Positions 47,401 to 58,801 of a stretch of DNA of 64,000 nucleotides are shown here, piece after piece. Made by a program: the position numbers and the translations under genes. How positions within the stretch are numbered: the first letter of the stretch is position 1; each line of letters begins with the position of its first letter. Under the pieces are notes generated by a model that searched no databases, had not been told where the DNA came from, and was given only the letters and a program-made list of their open reading frames with translations. The DNA comes from Guillardia theta CCMP2712 (Eukaryota > Protista > Cryptophyta). The stretch is taken from positions 353,745 to 417,744 of the forward strand of contig NW_005434653.1 of NCBI RefSeq assembly GCF_000315625.1, read 5' to 3'.

Positions 47401-50400
47401 ATTCCGATTGCAGCCGGCCGTGGTGATCAAGGGAAACAAGTATGACTTCAGTCAAAGCTGGAACGTCCATGGGTTCGTTCCTGTCGCTGCTTTCGTGAAG
47501 CCTTGCAGCGGGTGCTGCTGTCAGAAGAACGCTTCCTTGACGCTCTCGGGCTCTGCGACTGGAGCCTCGTCTTTCCTGCAATCATGGACGACAGAGGACT
47601 GGGAATCAGGTGGCTATCTTACCAACTCCACCACCAAGTCAACAGTATACATGACTTACAACTCTCTTCTTGTCAATCAAGTTGGAATGCTGTGGCAGGA
47701 TCTTGCGATATCCTCCAAGACTCTATCAGCATTTCTTGACATCATCATCTCGTTTCAAGTTGGGACATCTGACATTTACACCGAAGTGTTATCAAACACT
47801 TTCGATTGCTTCTTGCCGCCTGATCCGCCTCAAAACCTCCAAGTAACAAGCTATGGAAATCAAGGTTTTCGATTGGAATTCTTGCCTCCAGTCATTTCCA
47901 GGGCAAAGCCCTTGTCAGGTTTTGTCTTTGAGATTGATCTCTGCCAACAGAGCCAGGACTCGTGCACCTCATCGGCCAACCCGTACTATCAGCCTCGTTT
48001 CAGCCTTGACACAACCCTTGGGACAGATCTCGGGAATGGAGGAGGTCACACCGAGGAAATCTTAATGAGCTACGGTCCTCAAAATGCGACAGGCTCCCCG
48101 TCGACCATCACCTTGCAGATGAAGCCGAAGTTGAACATCGAAGCAGGGGATCAGATGTACATCCGTGCTGGATATCCCAATGTTCTCCTGTCTTCCTTCT
48201 TCAGCAACTGCTCTTTAGAGGGACCAGATGGGTCGAAGGTGACTGCATCGGTGCTGAACAGTTCCACGCTCGTCCTGACGGTCAAGGATGGGTATATCTT
48301 ATGGAGAGGATACGCGGTGAACATCTTGATACCCGAAGCTTGTAACATCTTCCTCCCCAACTTGAAAGAAGCATCCTATGCTAGGGAGTACGGTGAAGGC
48401 AATCTCAGCCTCCCCAGCATCATAGTCGCTCCTATCGTTGGTCAAGGCCGACGCTTCGATAACTGCAAAGGCGCTTCCGGTTGCGCAGCCTCCACGACCT
48501 ATGTCCTGCAGACGCTACAAGACGCGAGCTCTATGGACGTCTCTTGGAGCGGTCAGCTGTACAACGGAGCGACTGGTGTAGGTTGTGGGAACAGCATTTC
48601 TGCCTCCTCGCATGTCTACCCGGCAACCGCGTATTGCAGCCAATATTCACCCAACAGTAACAACGGCCCGCAAGGAACAGGAGACAACGGATCTCCCATA
48701 GCGAATGGTGCTGCTTATATCTCAAATGCTGCATCATGCAGGTCAGGCACTTCTCAACAGAATCCATGTACCTTGCCCATCGGCCAAGACTGGATCTTCA
48801 GCACAAACATCTCCTACCTCTTCAACCAGTCTTCCTCCAACAATCTTACTGGTGTAGAGTTGGAGTTTTTGCGTGATCGAGCTTTGAGCATCGGCGATGT
48901 GATTTCAATCCAGGTGGACAAGATCTTTGTGTCTCAGCAGATTGCTCCCTTGTGTAATTACACCTACGAATATCAGAGTGGGATGGACTCGTGCTACGTC
49001 CTTGACACCGCCGTCTATCTCAACTACACCAATCCGCTGACAGGATGGACTTCAAAGTGGAACACCATGACGTCGTCCTTTGAGATTCAAGTTGGATCTC
49101 AGGTGTTGCAGAGCTCCATCATCTGGATCAGGATCAGCAACCTGCACATGTACTCGACCGTCGATGCCTCCAAGTTGACCTCTCAACAGATCTGCACGGT
49201 GCAAAGGTCGGACAAGACAACCATCATCTTCCATAACGGCATGGCTGGAATCGGCTACTCCACCTCCCTCGGCGACCCAGTTGCAGGCTACACGATCAGT
49301 TCCACCATCCCCATCAACCAAGGCAGCATCTATCAGTTCCGAATGTTCTCCTACAACGGACGTTTCAAGAGCGCCGCCACCCAGTCGCCGGTGCAAAACC
49401 GGGCGATCGGACCCCCTAAGGTGACATGCTCTGCTCCTAGGAGCCCTCGTGACTGGCTGCTTGCTGACTGTTGTTGTCTCAGCCTCCATCTTACTTCGCA
49501 CAGATGAAGCAGCACCTGATCCCCGTCAATCTCCAGTACAGCCTCCTCTCGTCCACCCTCGTCGCCACAGGCAGCTCGTCAGCTCGGGTGTCTCCTCAGC
49601 TCCCCTACCTGGGAGAGGCGACGAGGATTGGAGTCACCTTCACCTCCGACGTGCTCATCAGCGAGTACCAGACTTTGACGCTGCTGCTCGAGGGATTCGG
49701 AGGGCCGAGCCTCGTCGACATCCCGCCCAGCAGCCTCTTGGCAGAGACGTACTACCCCTACGGCAACAACGCTGGATGTCAGTGCGGAGCGGGAGGGACC
49801 ATCATCATACCTGCAAGCACGTCGGCGTCATGTCAGTATCCTACCGACGTCACGAGTTGCACGCAGTGCGGGTGCAAGCAGAACATCACCAACACCAAGT
49901 TCGCCAAGGCGAGCTGGTCAAGCTACACGTCGAGCCTGGTGCTCACGGTAGGGGAGAATCAGGTCATCCCTCCCGGGCAGCAGCAGATCGTGTGGGTGGC
50001 AAAGAGTGTGGGAATCACGACGCCAGTCGATCCGACCTTGTTCCCTCCAAGCGGCTCCAACTACGTGTCGGGCAGACTCGCAAGGTTCTCGCTGAGCTGG
50101 GTCAGTCCCTTCCCGACGGTAGCAAATCCTCGCACCGGATTCCTCGTGCAGGTATCAAGTGCTAACCTTGCTTGCCTGAGATGACTGTGCTTCTCAGTTC
50201 ACCACAGACATGTACTGGAAATCCGACATCCAGACTGTGAACTTTCCAGATCTTCTGAATCGAGGAGTGAAGGAGGTCGTGCCTTTCACGAACCTCATCG
50301 CTGATGTCACTTCAACGGATCCGATGATCAAGATTGCAGTTCCATATGCGATGTTCGTGCAAGGCAAGACCATACAGATTGGCTACGAGCTGATGCTTGT

Positions 50401-52799
50401 GGTTTATGTTCAGAATCACACTCTTTACGTTGAGAGAGGTTACTTGGGCACGTCAGCCACTTCTCACCAGGCTCAGGCGCTCACTCCAGGCTGTACATGC
50501 AACGACTTGCAAACGTGCCAGTGCTATCAAGTGTTCCTCGCGTACACGTACGCCACAGACATATCAGACAGAAACGGAGGCATCGACTACCAGACGGGCT
50601 TCAACGGCGACTCTTGCCGTGTGGGCACGCAATTTGTAAGTCGAGGATGGAAACCTTCTAAACCTCTTCTGACTTATCACTGGCAGGATCAAGAAGGCTG
50701 CAATCCGCTCAAGATTGCTTTTGGAACTCAACCTCGAACCCATCAAAAGGCAACCATCATTGACTTCGGCACAAAGAGCGTCGACTGGATCTCTGCCTGT
50801 GGGGGGTCAAGCGTCAAGACTTGCTCACAAGACTGCAAATGTTCGGCAACTACCCTCCTGCCCTCCATGGAGTTTGGGAACGTGATCAAGGCATCCAACA
50901 TCTCCCTGTCCACTCCCGGTTACGTGCTGGACTACCCGTACAACCCTGTCACAACCTCGACAACGACTATCGCGGACGACCAAGTTCAGTACTTTGCTGT
51001 TGCAGACCCATCTCAGTTGCTAGGAAAGTTCATCAGGGTTGACGACGAGTTGATGTTTGTGAAGCAAGTCTCCCGTGGAGTCCTGGGCGTCAGCAACTAT
51101 CAGCCGATCCCCTCGACCTGCTCCTGCCCGTCGTCCGGTCAACTCGGACAGTTACAGACCAACTGCATCTGCTCAGGGAGCGCTGGCACCAACTGCACGG
51201 CAGGAGGGACCCTGTCAGCCAACGGAGGAGGAGGGGTGGGGTTCTCTGCTACCTTCTCAGTCACCGGGGGGTACATCAGCAACGTTGTCGTGACGTCACC
51301 CGGGGGTAAATTCGTTGCTACCCCCAGCATCAGCATAGCGACGGGAGGTGACGGATGCGTTGGAGCAACCTTCTTCGCTCAGATGTCCTCCAACGTTCTC
51401 CTAGTTGTCCGAGGGGCTCTAGGGACTGTGGCGACTACCCACACCTCCGGGGCTCAGGTCTCTATCGTTCCCTGGCCGTCTCAGAGCAGCCTCAACTACC
51501 CCGGGCTGCAGTACTACTTCAGGGTTGCTGCTTACAACTACGCAGGGATCAGTTCCTTCCTGTACTACGACCTGAGACTCTTCTCGGTGACCCCCCGCCA
51601 GCTGGCTGCCGCTGGTAACTCCATGCTGGAGATCGTGCTTATAGGGGGTGGTACCACTGCTACCAACTACACGGTCTACGTGGGGCGCCTGACCGCAGCT
51701 GGGCAGGTCGATATGATAAGATCAAGGGAGTGCACCAATGTTCAGGTGATCGACAGCGCTGGCACGAAGATAAGATGCTTCTCGCCGAGTTGGGTCGGTA
51801 AGACCCACGACCTGATCGTGCAGTATCGGGAGGGGATGTTCACTCAGATCGCCAAGGGGAACAGCTGGATGAGTTTTAACCCTCCTGCCATCACCTCCAT
51901 CTTCCCAGCCCTCATCGACTCCAACACGACAAGCGTCAACATCACTGTCTTCGGTAAGAACTTCGGCAAGTACAGCTCGGAAGCGAGCGGGAAGTTGGTT
52001 GGCTCCACGACGGTCTCGTGTACTCCGCTTGTGATTCAGAATGACGCCAAGGCCGTGTGTTCGCTCCGCGCTCCTACCGGAGTCAGCCTCCAAGGCAACA
52101 TACAGCTAACCATCGGCAACGATCTGACTGGCGGGGGGCAGCAGACAAACTCAGGCCCACAGACTAAGTTGTCGCTGAAGCCTCAGCCCGTGCAGATGCA
52201 AGCGACGGTCCCTCTCAACATCTCCAGCTTTCCTCCCGGATCCTCGGCAAGGAGCAGCCTGGAGACGAACTTCAAGACCGACATCGCAAACGCCGCTGGG
52301 ATCGCGATCTCTCGCATCGTTATCCTCAACGTGACCGCAGGCAGCATAATCTTCGACTTTCAGATTCTCCCAGACTTGACTTCAGCCTCTGCTCCTTCTC
52401 CTGCCTCGGTTGCTGTGAACCTTGCAAGTCAAGCTACCGATCCCAACTCGAAACTCCGACAGGGCTCGATAACGTCGCAGATCTCGCTCCCTCTCCCACC
52501 AGGGGTCCAGGCGCAAGCAGCTACCAGTCAGGCCTCCGCTGCCTCCAATCCCAACCCATCATATTACTCTCAATGCTTTGCCAGGAGTTATCAGAGTGAC
52601 GACATGCGTCGTTGCTACTTCTGTTGCCAGTACTTGTGCATGTTTGGGCCCGATGCGCCCACCAATGTGAGTAACCTTTCCCCGACCTCTTGTGGTTGGT
52701 TCTTGACACTCTCAACAGGTAACTGGATTCCTCATCCAAGGGCTTTGTGAAAGTCTGTGCATGCTGCATTGCGGATATGGACGTGCTTTGCCGGTTTGA
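44457..52799 (+). CDS. Giant secreted mosaic glycoprotein (about 2650 aa): Cys-rich N-terminus, bacterial-type Ig-like domains, FN3, IPT/TIG, SEA-like, Cys-rich C-terminus
   Basis: Signal peptide MWHRSCVPCVGLWLLQLGSILA|CP. Long exons (ORFs 44650, 45644, 49471, 50210) are joined by short GT-AG introns. FN3 motifs PPDPPQNLQV, YQFRMFSYN and YYFRVAAYN; IPT motif PPAITSIFP...ITVFGKNFG; ends LCMLHCGYGRALPV*. Confidence 0.88.
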
Positions 52800-53267
52800 C
52801 ATGGTAGGGTGGACAATTATGAGGCGAAATGTATAGAACGAATGTTAATTCCCGAAATGCTTTATTAGAGACCTCAGAATCATGCGTAAACATTACTCGT
52901 GCGTACTTCGGAGTACCAAACAAAATAAAAAGAAAAATCTTGTAAACAATCACGACCATTATCAATATCAATACCACAAATTCATCGGTAGCCGGTTTGT
53001 TCGTTTCAAAAGATCACATTTCGTTTCGATAGCATCTGTCCACAAACAACCCCATGAACAGCCTTGCACAAGCGTCAACCAGACCTAGTATGTGGCCATA
53101 TTGTCATCTTGGCTGGAGTTTTACAGCATGGAGTTCTTGTTGCCTTTGTAAGAGACTAAGACACAGAGAAATAACAGAATAGAGGTGACAGCAACGGAGT
53201 TTCATATAACCACAGTCACGCGAAAAACAGGGACAAGGTCTTTTGTCACCTTGCGTCATTATGGACA

Positions 53268-53402
53268 GCATGCACAGTGAGTGTGGTGGTTGTGCGTAGT
53301 TTACCTCCTAGTAAACTTAGAGACTTCTATTTCCTGCTTCTCAATCTTCTTCATCCTTACTTTACTCGTGTCGTTGACAATCTCTGTGTTGTGTATACAA
53401 CA
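53268..53402 (+). repeat. 5' LTR (truncated; first 112 bp missing)
   Basis: Matches 58667-58801; ends in TACAACA. Confidence 0.93.
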
Positions 53403-53426
53403 TTCTGGAAGCGAAGTGGTTGATTC

Positions 53427-54973
53427 ATGACCTCGAAACAAGGAAGAGGAGGAAAGAAACCTCAGCCGGAAAGGAGCCCTCAACCTCGATCTAAGCAATC
53501 AGGAGCATTTCAAACAGAAATTGCTGAAGAGAGTTCTGAGGAAGAAGTCGAATGGAGCGAGCGGCTGCAGCTGCAGCAGCAGCAGCTTTCTCCGAGTCAG
53601 ACCAGTGGATCTTTGACTCAACCTTATAGGGATGGAGATGTACAACGTGAAGCGCTGTCTAGCGCGGATCAACGGGCCCGAAACAAGAGGGATACTCCCT
53701 TGCGAAGTATTCTGCGATCAGCCTTCAGGAGGCAACTCAGAGAGCAGCCTCCCCTGCAACATCGGTACGTCTGCCAAGCTCGGAAAATTTTTCATCCGAC
53801 CCCGTCATGTCCTCGCCAGTGGCGCAGGACCGAGCTCTTCTCCTTCTTCGTCGAATGTGTGCCCTCCTGGCTGACACCACGCAGGACGAGCGTTTCCACA
53901 TGCTCGCCAATGCTGCCGACGAATTTGCGACAGCCGACGCTGCTGCAACACCAGAGCTCCCGCATCTCGCACGGAAAGTTACCCTGCAAGATGCTAATGC
54001 TGATATCTATTCAGCTGAGGAATCAGCTAGCGCTGAATCCTCTGATCAGGAACCAGTCCTCTCCAATCGGACTCTCGTGAATGTGCTAACGAACTCCAAG
54101 AGTTTCAATTCCAGCCGCATTCCGATGTACAAAGGTTTTGCTGATCCCCGCTCTGTCGAAGAATTCCTTCGTCAGTGCAACCGCGAATTAATCGCTCAAG
54201 AGATCCCAACTCGCAAATGGGTGAAGAGCATCACGCCGTTGTTCACCAACGAAGTGATGGTGGTGGTAGAACGTAAGTACGGAAAGAGTCTCGAGGCCAT
54301 CAACAAGCTTAAATGGGATGAATTTTCAACTCATCTAAGTTCGTGTCTAGCCCCAATGCGGCAAGCCAAGAATTATCAGACTCAGCTTGATCAGCTCAAG
54401 CAGCAGCCCAACGAATCCGCCTGGGCGTACTTGACTCGCGCCACGACACTCTTCGCAACGCTCGAATCGCAGGTAGGGTCAGCCATACTGTACTTCAACG
54501 ATCAGCCACTCCGGAAATTCATCAAGGGATTTTCGCATACGCCGACGCGCACGTCTATCCACACATGGTTTACGATTTATCGCAGTCAGTACGGACACGG
54601 AGAAGACATGTTCTCTCGCCTAGTCACTTTCATCACAGCTCTTCTGGACGATGGTGAACCGCTAACAGTGTCTAAGCAGCCTAACTCAGCTGCTGCTAAC
54701 GCTGCGCAGACCTCTTCGCACACGAAGGCCAAAGCCAACGGTGGGCAGAACAAGAAGAAGTCCCACGGTAAAGAAAACCAGCGCAAGCAGAAATCCATCC
54801 GTTGTTTTTACTGTCAAGAACCGGGTCACATCAAGCCGGACTGCGAGCAGTACAAGCGCGAAGTCGCCCTCCAGCAGGAGCGCCATGAGAAACTCATGGC
54901 CACCCAGCACGAACAGCATGTTCAGCTTTTAGCTGCTCTTCAACCGCTCGCATCGCGCGCGGGAAACGAGTAG
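53427..54973 (+). pseudogene. gag: Gag with CCHC zinc knuckle; probable frameshift near 53700-53800
   Basis: CFYCQEPGHIKPDC; capsid-like LDQLKQQPNESAWAYLTRA; the ATG at 53427 and the conserved part (ORF 53807) are in different frames. Confidence 0.85.
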
Positions 54974-55041
54974 CGGCGGCAGGCAACGAGAGGGGAGCAT
55001 CACTTGCTCCTCCTGCCGCTGGTCTTTGCCCCAGCCCTCTC
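54961..55041 (+). promoter_or_regulatory. -1 programmed ribosomal frameshift signal (G GGA AAC) followed by a predicted pseudoknot
   Basis: X XXY YYZ heptamer in the gag frame just before TAG; the -1 frame is open into the protease; three complementary stems lie downstream. Confidence 0.85.
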
Positions 55042-58000
55042 TTACCAGGTAGCAGCGCTTTACCTCCTCATCGGAGCTCGCTAAGCCATTTCGTGCTGCC
55101 GCCTGATCGGAACGCGTCGTGCTCAACGGCCGCGTCCCTTCCTACGGGTCAACTACATGTTTGCCCCTGCTTAGCCCTCAGCCGTGGCGACGCCTCCGCG
55201 CCGCTTCAGCTCGCCTTACCCGATCTTATTCGGCTCCCCGTTAGCGTCAGCTCTTCCCGAGTTCATGCTCACCAGACCGTTGCCCTGCTCGATCACGGCG
55301 CGACGATCAATATCATGTCTCAGCAGCTTTTTCAGCAGCTGGGCCTCTCCGAGACTCTGCTACAGCGTGATACTCAGTTCACCGTGCAAGTTGCGGACGA
55401 CCGCCAAGTGCAAACCCTCGGCGCCGTCTCGCTCGCCTATCGCATCGGCCGCTTTTCAAGCAAAGATACGTTTCATATCTTGCCACGTTGTTCTCAACCC
55501 CTGATCTTGTCCCTCCAGTGGATACATCGTCACAACGCTGTATACGTTCCGCGGACCCGCGAAGTGTTCGTCGATTCCCCCAAAGCTCGACGAGCCCCTC
55601 CGATTAGCTTGCCAGTTCAGCATCAAGTGCCCTACAAGGACTCGGTCTTAGCCGTGACAACCGTCTCGCTCACCGATGCTCACGCTCTGCGCGTCGCCAA
55701 TCCTAACGAGGAATAGTTCTTGTTGCACCTGCATGTCCCAACGACAGCTTCCGCCTCGGCCTCTTCCGCCGACCCGCCAGTGGGCGCCCCCGCTCACCTT
55801 GCTCAAGCCCTCTCTGAGGAATTCGCCGACGTCCTCGTCGACGACCTGCCGCAAGGACTTCAGATCAACCGTCCCCCTCAGTTTGACGCTCACATTCAGC
55901 TCAAGCCAGGGACCTTGCCCATTAACTGCAGGCCATATCGCATCCCCCTTCATCTTGAAGGAGAACTCCAGGCTACCATCGCGTACATGCTCGAACACGA
56001 CATCATCGAACCCTCCAATAGTGAGTTTGCCTTTCCTGTGCTTTTCAGTCGACGTCCCAACGATCCACGCTCCCCAACTGATCCCAAAAGCTACCGCTTT
56101 TGCTGCGACCTTCGCCGCTTGAACCAAGTCGTCTTGAATCAGCAGACCGCCGCAACTCCTGCCCGTCGCACAACCGATGAGCAGCTATGCATCACTACGC
56201 TTGATTGTATCAAGAGTTTTTGGCAGGTACTCGTACGTGTTCCTGATCGCCGATATCTCGCGTTCATCACACCGATTGGTCACTACCAATACAAGCGCCT
56301 ACCATTTGGATTCATCACTGCCAGCAGCATATTCCAAGGATTCATCCAGCAGGTCCTCCATGATCTACCCCACACGTTTGCATACATCGACGACATCGTC
56401 ATCGCTACGTATTCCACCTGGGAAGCTCATGCAGATCACGTTCGCGCCGTGCTTCAACGCTGTCGCGAGCATCAGGTCTTCCTTAAAAGAGAGAAAGCTC
56501 AATTCTTTCGCACTAGTGTTGACTTCTTAGGTCACCGTGTCTCCGATGACGGCGTGACGACCCAACACTCCAAGACGGCGGCTATCTCCGCGTGGCCGCT
56601 ACCGACGACTACTAAACAAGTCAAGATGTTTCTTGGACTAGCTTCCTATTATCGAAAGTTCATCCGCAACTTCTCGACAATAGCAGCCCCTCTGACTGAC
56701 CTTCTCCGCAAGGGCGCTCAGTTTCAGTGGACTGCAGCATGTCAAAGCGCGTTCGACAACCTCAAGCAAGCTCTGACGTCTCAGCCCCTCCTGCATCACT
56801 TCGACCCGTCCATTCCGACCGAAGGCGTGCACTGCGACGCGTCCAATGTCGGGATAGGAGGCGTACTTCTACAGCAGCCTCCCAACGCCCCCGCCCGCGT
56901 CATCGGATTCTACAGTCGTAAGTTGACTCCGACCGAACAACGCTATCACGCGACCGAACGAGAGTTACTCGCAATCAAGGATACCATCCTTTTCTTCAAG
57001 TTCTACTTGATAGGGACTCCATTCAAGGTCTTTACTGATCATCAAGCTCTTACGTATTTCCAGACACAGAAAGACATCAACAGCAGATTGATTCGTTGGC
57101 TTCAAACGCTCAGCGAGTTTGCAATCACCGAGTACTGTTACGTCAAAGGTTCTCAGAACGTCGTCCCCGACGCTCTCAGCCGTCAAGATGAAGTTCCCCT
57201 CTCGACTGCAGTCGCTCCTCATCACGAGCAACTCTCTCGTCAAGAGGACGGCTTCTTGCTCGCCTTCACCGTCAGCGCCTTGCAGCCTTTGTCGGACCAG
57301 ATTCAAGCCGCCTACGAGACGTGCGACTTCTGTCGTCCTCTTATCCAACGTCTCCGCGCCAAGTCTTCCGTAACTTCTTTTCATCTGGATGATGAGCTTC
57401 TGTTTTATACAGATTCGCTGCGCCGCATCCGCCTGTGCATTCCGCAAGCATTGCGTCGAGAAGTTCTCTTCCGCGCCCACGACCTTCAGTCCCACCTCGG
57501 GTTTTCAAGAACCTACCTTCAGCTAGCAGCAACTGTTTATTGGCCCCAGCTTCGGAAAGATACCGAGCTTTACATCCTGTCATGCCAGCATTGTCTTCAA
57601 GGGAAATCTTATCGACAACGACCAATGGGAACTCCTCATTCCCACGCCGTTCCCTCGACACGCTTCGAAGTCGTCAGTCTCGACTTGCTGACCGGACTCC
57701 CACGAACTCGAGATAAGAACGATGCCATTCTTCTCTTCATTGACGAGTTCACAGGGCGAGTTTATCTCACCCCTTGCCGTAAATCGATCACTTCTGAACA
57801 AGCTGCTCAAAAATTCATCGAAACCGTGTTTCGATCCCAAGGCCTTCCTCAAGTCCTTATCAGCGACAACGCTGCCATCTTTTCGTCCAGATTCTGGAAC
57901 GCGCTCTTCAAGATGCTCAACGTTCACGTGAAGCATTCGTCGCCTTTTATGCCTCAAAGCAACGGTCGACCCGAGCGTATGAACTCCGTCGTCCTCGAAG

Positions 58001-58653
58001 CACTGCGTATCTACACCACGCAGTATCCTCGAGCCGATTGGGATAGGTACCTCCCCATCCTGGAGACTCACCTAAACTCAGCTGTTCGCCGTCCCATCGG
58101 TGCCAGCCCTTTCGAAGTCATGTTCGGCAAACCTATCAGGACACAACTCTCTCTGCCCTCACCTGACGATCATCAGGACGAGACCCTCGCCTCCATTCGT
58201 GAAGCAACCGAAGTCAGCGCCGAAGCTGCCCGAGCTGCTCTCGAAGCTGCAGCGCGAGCCACCGAAGCTCGCCTTGCGCAGGCCCGTCGTCCCTGCCGCT
58301 ATCAAGTTGGAGATCTGGTCTGGCTCTCTACCGCCAACCTCAACATCCCCGACGCCGCCTCGAAGCTCAACCCTCGCTTCGTTGGTCCCTTCCGCATCCT
58401 GGAATTTGTTTCAGACAACACCGTTCGTCTCGACGTCTCTCCTCGCTTCGCATCGATCAGAAACACCGTCATCAACATCAAGTGGCTTGTCAAGCGCAGA
58501 TGGAGCGATGTTGTATGGAGCGATGTTGTAAGTTGTCAAGCGCAGATGGAGCGATGTTGTATCCATGAGGATCCGGAACCTCGGATACTCGTCGGATACT
58601 CTGCCGGATATTCCCTATATAGGCGGACGCATCTCGTGCGGACGGCCTCCTGA
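54961..58653 (+). pseudogene. pol: Pol (protease, RT, RNase H, integrase) with in-frame TAG at 55714-55716; C-terminus runs into the 3' LTR
   Basis: LLDHGAT (PR); LPFG...YIDD (RT); CDAS...ERELLA...FTDH (RH); H-x4-H...CQHC, SLD...ISDN...NGRPERMN and GPF (IN). Confidence 0.93.
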
Positions 58654-58801
58654 ATTTCCCCCACTTGCATGCACAGTGAGTGTGGTGGTTGTGCGTAGTT
58701 TACCTCCTAGTAAACTTAGAGACTTCTATTTCCTGCTTCTCAATCTTCTTCATCCTTACTTTACTCGTGTCGTTGACAATCTCTGTGTTGTGTATACAAC
58801 A
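58555..58801 (+). repeat. 3' LTR (247 bp)
   Basis: TGTTGTA...TACAACA inverted termini; preceded by purine-rich AAGCGCAGATGGAGCGA; TATA-like CTATATA at about 58615. Confidence 0.92.

Larger units (their letters stand above)
53268..58801 (+). mobile_element. Ty3/Gypsy LTR retrotransposon, young but damaged
   Basis: gag-PR-RT-RH-IN order; the 135 bp shared by both LTRs look identical; 3' LTR bounded by TGTTGTA...TACAACA. Confidence 0.97.
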
